A stretch of 41,272 nt of DNA from a candidate division WOR-3 bacterium (GTDB taxonomy: Bacteria > Hydrothermota > Tepidihabitantia > Tepidihabitantales > Tepidihabitantaceae). The stretch covers positions 28,505-69,776 of the forward strand of contig CBFGIY010000002.1 in the NCBI GenBank assembly GCA_965648935.1. The letters run 5' to 3'. The notes beneath the pieces are model-generated. The model was not told the DNA's origin. It worked only from the letters and a program-made list of their open reading frames with translations, and made no database searches. The position numbers were made by a program, and so were the translations under genes. This document shows, one piece after another, positions 36,762 through 41,272 of this stretch. Numbering within the stretch: position 1 is the stretch's first letter; each line of letters starts with the position of its first letter.

Positions 36762-38389
36762 ACCGATGGGTTCTCGCCGCCCATCAAGGCAACACGGTCA
36801 GTCTTCTCGATACGCACGCGCCGCGGCGGCACCGTGGTCTCACCGGTCAACGGGTCGATGTCCGGCGCAAACAGCGCCCGGTTAGTGTGGACGTTCGCGC
36901 CAGCGGCAACTGCGCCCTCGGGTACGGAATCGGTCACGTGGACACGAAGTTCCACGGTCGCCGTGTCGCTGGTAACCCGGATGTAGCCCGTGTCGGCTAC
37001 CCCGACCCGCTCCGCGTCGGCCGGGTTGATCATCACCCGGTCCTCAGCGTCAAAGAATCCGCGCAGACCAATGGCCTTCTTTTCGGCCATCAACAGCCAG
37101 CCGTCACCCGGCGCGCGGTCAAGGCCGGTCGCCCTGGTTGCCATCTCGGCGACCGCGCCCGGCGCTGCCGGCTTGAGCGCTGGCAGTGGCTTGGCCGCAG
37201 CTTTGCCAAACAGCTCCAGTACCTGAGCGAAGTTACGCGAGCCGCTCAAAGGCGAAGCCAGCGGCACTCGCTCGATCGGTCCCCAATACGAATTGCCGAC
37301 CGAGGCTCGCTCCAGTTCGGCGGTTAGTGGCATCACCAGTCCTCTGATGGGCGGGTCTGGCCGGAAAATCGCTGTGGCAACCCGGAACTCGCACTTGTCG
37401 AACTCGGGCAGCAAGCCGGCGTATGAATATGGATAGAGCCCCCCGGTCCAGAACAGCATCCTGACCTGGCCTTCTCCTGCCGCCTTGCGCACATCCGAGA
37501 AAGTCTCTTTGCCCGGCGGCAGCGCTGTCTCACGGAACCCGGTGAAGGGTTTCTTCCCAGCCAGTGCCGCCAACTGGGCCGCAAGATTGAACAGCGCCGG
37601 GTAGAATACCCGGCCCGGGTGCATCGCCGCGCCCACGAAACCGGGCACATCGGGCTTGAGCATCCCGGCTGCGGTCTCAATCTGAGATCGGGCCACGCCC
37701 GCAACCTCGGCCAGCTTGTCGACGTCGACACCGGCACAAAGCTTCGGTTCGATGAGCGCGGCCAAGGCAACCAGCGCAAACGGCTCGGTCCCCGGCTTGA
37801 CGCGCAAGAAGCAGTGGGCAAACCCGGACTGACGGGTCTTGAGCGAATCGACCACGACCAGTCGGCTCTTGCGGTCGGCATAGCGTGCCTCAATCATCCG
37901 CCACGAGGCGACCGGTGAAGTACTGAAAACGTCTCCAACCAGCAGGGTGGCGCGGGAGTTCTCGACATCGGCCAAAGTCGCGTCGCGCGTCCCCTCGAGA
38001 CGGTGATTGAAAGCGTTCTCCGGCTCGATGTGGCCGCAAGCAAGGTGCGGCGTGCCCAGCTCATCGGCCAGTCCGTGCAGCCGGCGCACCTCTTCTGCAT
38101 CCCGGCCCCGGCTGTACACGATGGCCAGCTCCTCGGCCCGGGTCGCGGCCAGCCAGCCCCTCACCATCGCCTCGGCCTCGGCCCAGGTGATGTCGCGGCC
38201 ATCCATCAGGGGCCGGGAGAGCCGGTGCGGGTGGTCGAGAACGATGCTGGCCGAGTTACCGCGCGGACAGAGCCGGCCCTTGTTGACTTCGGCCTCGGGG
38301 AAGTAGTGCATCCGGTACTGATAGCCGTTGAAGTCCACGCCCGAGGTGCAGCCATTCAGGCAGAAGGGGCAGGTGGTCCTGGTCGCCAT
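36752..38389 (-). CDS. Molybdopterin-oxidoreductase-fold subunit (FdhF/NuoG-like), probably non-catalytic
   Basis: N-terminal CPFCLNGC...NKGRLCPRG...HPHRLSRPL, VKPGTE, ELER, C-terminal INPADAERVGV; only 545 aa; start ATG 38389. Confidence 0.78.
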   Translation of the reverse strand: MATRTTCPFCLNGCTSGVDFNGYQYRMHYFPEAEVNKGRLCPRGNSASIVLDHPHRLSRPLMDGRDITWAEAEAMVRGWLAATRAEELAIVYSRGRDAEEVRRLHGLADELGTPHLACGHIEPENAFNHRLEGTRDATLADVENSRATLLVGDVFSTSPVASWRMIEARYADRKSRLVVVDSLKTRQSGFAHCFLRVKPGTEPFALVALAALIEPKLCAGVDVDKLAEVAGVARSQIETAAGMLKPDVPGFVGAAMHPGRVFYPALFNLAAQLAALAGKKPFTGFRETALPPGKETFSDVRKAAGEGQVRMLFWTGGLYPYSYAGLLPEFDKCEFRVATAIFRPDPPIRGLVMPLTAELERASVGNSYWGPIERVPLASPLSGSRNFAQVLELFGKAAAKPLPALKPAAPGAVAEMATRATGLDRAPGDGWLLMAEKKAIGLRGFFDAEDRVMINPADAERVGVADTGYIRVTSDTATVELRVHVTDSVPEGAVAAGANVHTNRALFAPDIDPLTGETTVPPRRVRIEKTDRVALMGGENPSVWL

Positions 38390-39201
38390 CAGGCGAAAGG
38401 CTCCTCGATGTCCTTGACCTGATCCCAGGTCAGCACCGGTCCGTCCTTGCAGGTGAAGTACGGCCCAAGCTTGCAGTGCCCGCACTGCCCAAGACCGCAG
38501 GACATGTTCATCTCCATCGACAGGTAGATATGTTTCCCCTGAAAACCGGCATCGAGCAGCTTCTTGGTTACAAACTTCATCATTATCGGCGGGCCGCATA
38601 CCACCGCGATGCTCTCCTTCTCATCGCAGGGAATCTCGTCCATCAGGCAGGTCACGACGCCGACCTTCTTCATCCACTTCTCGTCCGATACGTCGACCGA
38701 CAGCTCTATATCGACGCCGGGCAGCTTCTCCCACTCCGGAATGAGGTACTTGTAGACGATGTCGGCCGGGGTGCGCGCACCATAGCGCAGAAAAATGCGC
38801 TTGTACTTCTTCATCTCGTGAGTCAACGCGAGGAAGAGCGCGCGCAGTGGAGCCAGACCGACACCGCCGCCCACGATGTAGATATCGCGGCCCTCGAACT
38901 TCTCCAGCGGGTAGCGCATGCCATACGGCCCGCGCAGGCCGAGGTAATCGCCGGGCTTGAGGTCGAACAGCGCGCCGGTGGCGCGGCCGACCTTCATTAT
39001 CGTCATCTCGATGATGTCGCGCTTGAAGTGCGACGACGACGGGGTGAATGGCGCCTCGCCGTGACCGGGCACGGTCAGCTCGACGAACTGCCCGGCAAGG
39101 AAAGGAATCTCCATTTCCGGTTTGAGCACGAAGGTACGGATGTTTGGTGTCTCGTCGATCAGCTTGAGAATCTCGGCCTTGATCGGCTGGTATGGATTCA
39201 C
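38389..39201 (-). CDS. FAD/NAD(P)-binding [2Fe-2S] subunit (AsrB / sulfhydrogenase gamma / PyrK-like)
   Basis: GQFV, GEAPF, RGPYG, GGGVGLAPLR, YGART, CGPPIMM, MSCGLGQCGHC...CKDGPV; start GTG 39201. Confidence 0.9.
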   Translation of the reverse strand: MNPYQPIKAEILKLIDETPNIRTFVLKPEMEIPFLAGQFVELTVPGHGEAPFTPSSSHFKRDIIEMTIMKVGRATGALFDLKPGDYLGLRGPYGMRYPLEKFEGRDIYIVGGGVGLAPLRALFLALTHEMKKYKRIFLRYGARTPADIVYKYLIPEWEKLPGVDIELSVDVSDEKWMKKVGVVTCLMDEIPCDEKESIAVVCGPPIMMKFVTKKLLDAGFQGKHIYLSMEMNMSCGLGQCGHCKLGPYFTCKDGPVLTWDQVKDIEEPFA

Positions 39202-40229
39202 GCCGAACCCAGCACCTTTCGTATGTCTATCCGGCCCATACAGACCTTGTAGCACCGGCCGCAGCCCGAGCAGGCGTAGAACCCGTTCGTATTCTTGAAA
39301 TGCTCGAACTTGCACTCGAACCGGTTGCTGAACCGCTTGAGAAACTCGCCGCGCGGATTGGCCCCGCCGCCTACCCGCTGGTAGGCCGCCAAGTAGCAGG
39401 CGTCCCACACCTTGGTCCGTTCCATCCCGCCTTCCCGCGCGCGGTCATAAAGCAGGAAGCAGTAACATGTCGGGCAGGTGAAGAGACAGCCGAAGCACTC
39501 CACGCACGACGCGGCATGCTCGGCATAGAAGGCCCGGTCTGTCTCGCGCTTGTGCAGCCGCGCGGGCAGGTCATCGGGCAATGGTCTGGGATTGACCTCT
39601 GCCAGCCTCGCCTCGGCGGCCCTGCGCTGCTCGTCGCGCCGGGCAAGCTGCGCGTCGGACACCGCCGAGAACACCGAGTCGGCGGCACGAAGGAACTCCT
39701 CGCCGCGCGCGCTCACCGGCTCAAGCAGCCAGTCACCGTCCACCACCGAGAGCACGATGTCGGCCCCGGCCCCGGCATACGGCTTGCCCCCTACAAGGTT
39801 ACAGAAACACGAGTCGGCTGGCTTCGGGCAGTCGGCCGCGACGAGAATTGTGTTCTCCAGCCTTGCCTTGTAGAACGGGTCGACGAATTCGCCCTCGAGG
39901 AACATCTTCTTCTGCGCGGCCAGCGCAACCACATCGCAAGCCTTGATGCCAAACAGCACCCGCTTCTCTGTCTGGCCCGGCTCGACCGGTTCGGGCAGCC
40001 CGGCCACAGTCTCGCGCGGGCTGAACAGAAAAGCTTTCACCGGCTCCGCCGCCCTGATCTCGTCCAGCGCCGGAACCGGTGACTGACTTTCGGCAAGATT
40101 GCCCGGTGGACCGAGCCGCTGCCAGTGCACGTGGTTCTCAATACCCGCGGGAACGAAGATGGCGAAGCTCTCAGCGAGCTTCGCCAGCCACTTTGCCTGT
40201 TGCTCTCTGCGCAGACAGCTACTAGCCAC
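39198..40229 (-). CDS. Fe-S subunit (AsrA / sulfhydrogenase beta-like)
   Basis: KAFLFSPRE, GIKACD, DPFY, CPKPADSCFC, CVECFGCLFTCPTCYC, CSGCGRCYKVC; start reassigned to GTG 40229 just downstream of the promoter. Confidence 0.88.
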   Translation of the reverse strand: MASSCLRREQQAKWLAKLAESFAIFVPAGIENHVHWQRLGPPGNLAESQSPVPALDEIRAAEPVKAFLFSPRETVAGLPEPVEPGQTEKRVLFGIKACDVVALAAQKKMFLEGEFVDPFYKARLENTILVAADCPKPADSCFCNLVGGKPYAGAGADIVLSVVDGDWLLEPVSARGEEFLRAADSVFSAVSDAQLARRDEQRRAAEARLAEVNPRPLPDDLPARLHKRETDRAFYAEHAASCVECFGCLFTCPTCYCFLLYDRAREGGMERTKVWDACYLAAYQRVGGGANPRGEFLKRFSNRFECKFEHFKNTNGFYACSGCGRCYKVCMGRIDIRKVLGSA

Positions 40230-40237
40230 TTGGCGCA

Positions 40238-40265
40238 AAAATACTAACCCTGAGTGCCTTGTCAA
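40238..40265 (-). promoter_or_regulatory. Promoter of the hydrogenase operon (near-leaderless)
   Basis: TTGACA-16 nt-TATTTT, GTG 8 nt downstream, no SD. Confidence 0.6.
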
Positions 40266-40326
40266 GCGAAACAACGCCAGTCAGGAATGACTTGATTTCT
40301 GCTGCGCGGCTCACAGAATGATAAGG

Positions 40327-40701
40327 ATGCGTGTTGTCCTGCTCCTCGCCTGTGCCGCCGCCCCCCTGCCGCCGCAGTCGCTCAACGCCTGTTGCACACA
40401 CGCGATAGTCCCGGCCCCGCGCGCGTCCGAGCCGGACCGATGGCTCGCGATGGACAAGTTCTGGCACTTCTCCGCATCGTTCGTCTCGGTCGGAGCCGGC
40501 TACCACCTCTGCGCCAACCGGCTCGGCTGGGACCATCGCCCGGCCACGGCTGCGGCCACCTCCGGCACGTTCACGATCGGCATCGCCAAAGAGCTCTACG
40601 ACCTGCTGGGCCGGGAGCGCCGCTTCTCCTGGAAGGACCTTGTCGCTGACGCGGCCGGCATCGGTGCGGGCTACCTCGTCTTCATCCACGATTGGAAGTG
40701 A
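40327..40701 (+). CDS. YfiM/DUF2279-like membrane or lipoprotein
   Basis: DKFWHFSASF...GIAKELYD...FSWKDLVADAAG; preceded by TTGATT-16 nt-CAGAAT. Confidence 0.7.
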   Translation: MRVVLLLACAAAPLPPQSLNACCTHAIVPAPRASEPDRWLAMDKFWHFSASFVSVGAGYHLCANRLGWDHRPATAAATSGTFTIGIAKELYDLLGRERRFSWKDLVADAAGIGAGYLVFIHDWK

Positions 40702-41153
40702 CAGACACTCTCCTCGAACGGCTCCAGGCCGAGGGTCTGTCGCTGCTCGTGATCGACGAATCCGGTGAGCGCTACCGTTCCACATCCACCGGGGTCCGCC
40801 CGTTGCTCGAACTCGTCGACCGCTTTCCCGCAGGTCTGCCCGGCGCGACCGCGGCCGACAGAATCGTCGGCGCCTGCGCGGCCCGGGTCTTCGCCCTGCT
40901 CAGATTCGGCCGGGTTCTCGGTCTGACCGGCTCGCAGGCTGCGGCTGCGATTCTCGACGTCGAACGCATTTCCTGGCAGTTCTGCGCGACCGTCTCGGAC
41001 ATCCCCAACCGCGCGGGCGACGGGGTCTGCCCGTTCGAACTGCTCAGCCGCGCACACCAGTCGGCCACGACGCTCATCCCGGCGATGCGCGACCTTCTCG
41101 CCGGACCGACTTCCCGCGGCGGGAGCCCTGCCCGCGAACAACGCGGCACCTGA
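40698..41153 (+). CDS. DUF1893 (TM1506-like) protein
   Basis: GVRPLLEL, ADRIVGACAA, IPNRAGDGVCPFE; GTGA overlap with the upstream gene. Confidence 0.78.
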   Translation: MTDTLLERLQAEGLSLLVIDESGERYRSTSTGVRPLLELVDRFPAGLPGATAADRIVGACAARVFALLRFGRVLGLTGSQAAAAILDVERISWQFCATVSDIPNRAGDGVCPFELLSRAHQSATTLIPAMRDLLAGPTSRGGSPAREQRGT

Positions 41154-41186
41154 CGCATCGCATCACGCGTTGCCTGACGCGACCGC

Positions 41187-41272
41187 GGTACGATCTCAGT
41201 ACATTGGTAACAGGTTATTATCAGGACATAGGTGACACTAACGTACGGAGGTGCGACTATGTCCTGGTCTGT
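41187..41272 (+). mobile_element. Probable left end of an IS481-family insertion sequence, truncated by the window end
   Basis: Tandem motifs CAGTACATTGGTAACA (41197-41212) and CAGGACATAGGTGACA (41222-41237), then SD GGAGG and ATG TCC TGG (MSW), resembling the MPW starts of IS481 transposases. Confidence 0.5.

Noticed and set aside
36752..38389. Selenocysteine-containing formate dehydrogenase
   Set aside because: The ORF has no in-frame TGA and lacks a recognisable catalytic Cys/Sec-His motif.
25626..40229. Calling the operon complex I (nuo), Mbx/MBS or Asr sulfite reductase
   Set aside because: The large subunit keeps both CxxC Ni-binding motifs and the small subunit has CxxC; there is no NuoE/F and no siroheme AsrC.
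1..41272. CRISPR array, prophage or defence island
   Set aside because: No repeat-spacer array, cas, integrase or phage genes were seen; the CPBP/Abi-family gene alone is not evidence of abortive infection.

Overview
GC-rich bacterial chromosome segment, probably from an anaerobic, peptide-fermenting diderm lineage (candidate division WOR-3-like; inferred from gene content only). Left to right: a coupled minus-strand operon (tryptophanase-like lyase, 4Fe-4S protein, SppA with an extra N-terminal domain, BFD-like protein, FAD amino-acid oxidoreductase); two secreted proteins with T9SS-like C-terminal domains and a CPBP protease; a PK_C-like/HIT/methyltransferase operon; gyrA; a TPR protein and an orphan ABC substrate-binding protein; long-form SRP RNA-dnaX-recR; hpf-hprK-EIIA; PurS-fused purL; initiator tRNA-Met; an 18-gene membrane-bound group 4 [NiFe]-hydrogenase operon; two small genes; and a probable IS481-family left end at the window edge. 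The best candidate for a novel system is the hydrogenase operon. It joins an AsrA/AsrB-like NAD(P)H-flavin module and an apparently non-catalytic FdhF/NuoG-like subunit to a formate-hydrogenlyase-like arm, an Mrp module and three antiporter-like subunits with altered charged residues. A second signal spans the window: 12 of 13 sigma70-like promoters found by eye have a 16-bp -35/-10 spacer, and about half appear to give leaderless mRNAs. All calls come from motif recognition; no searches were run.
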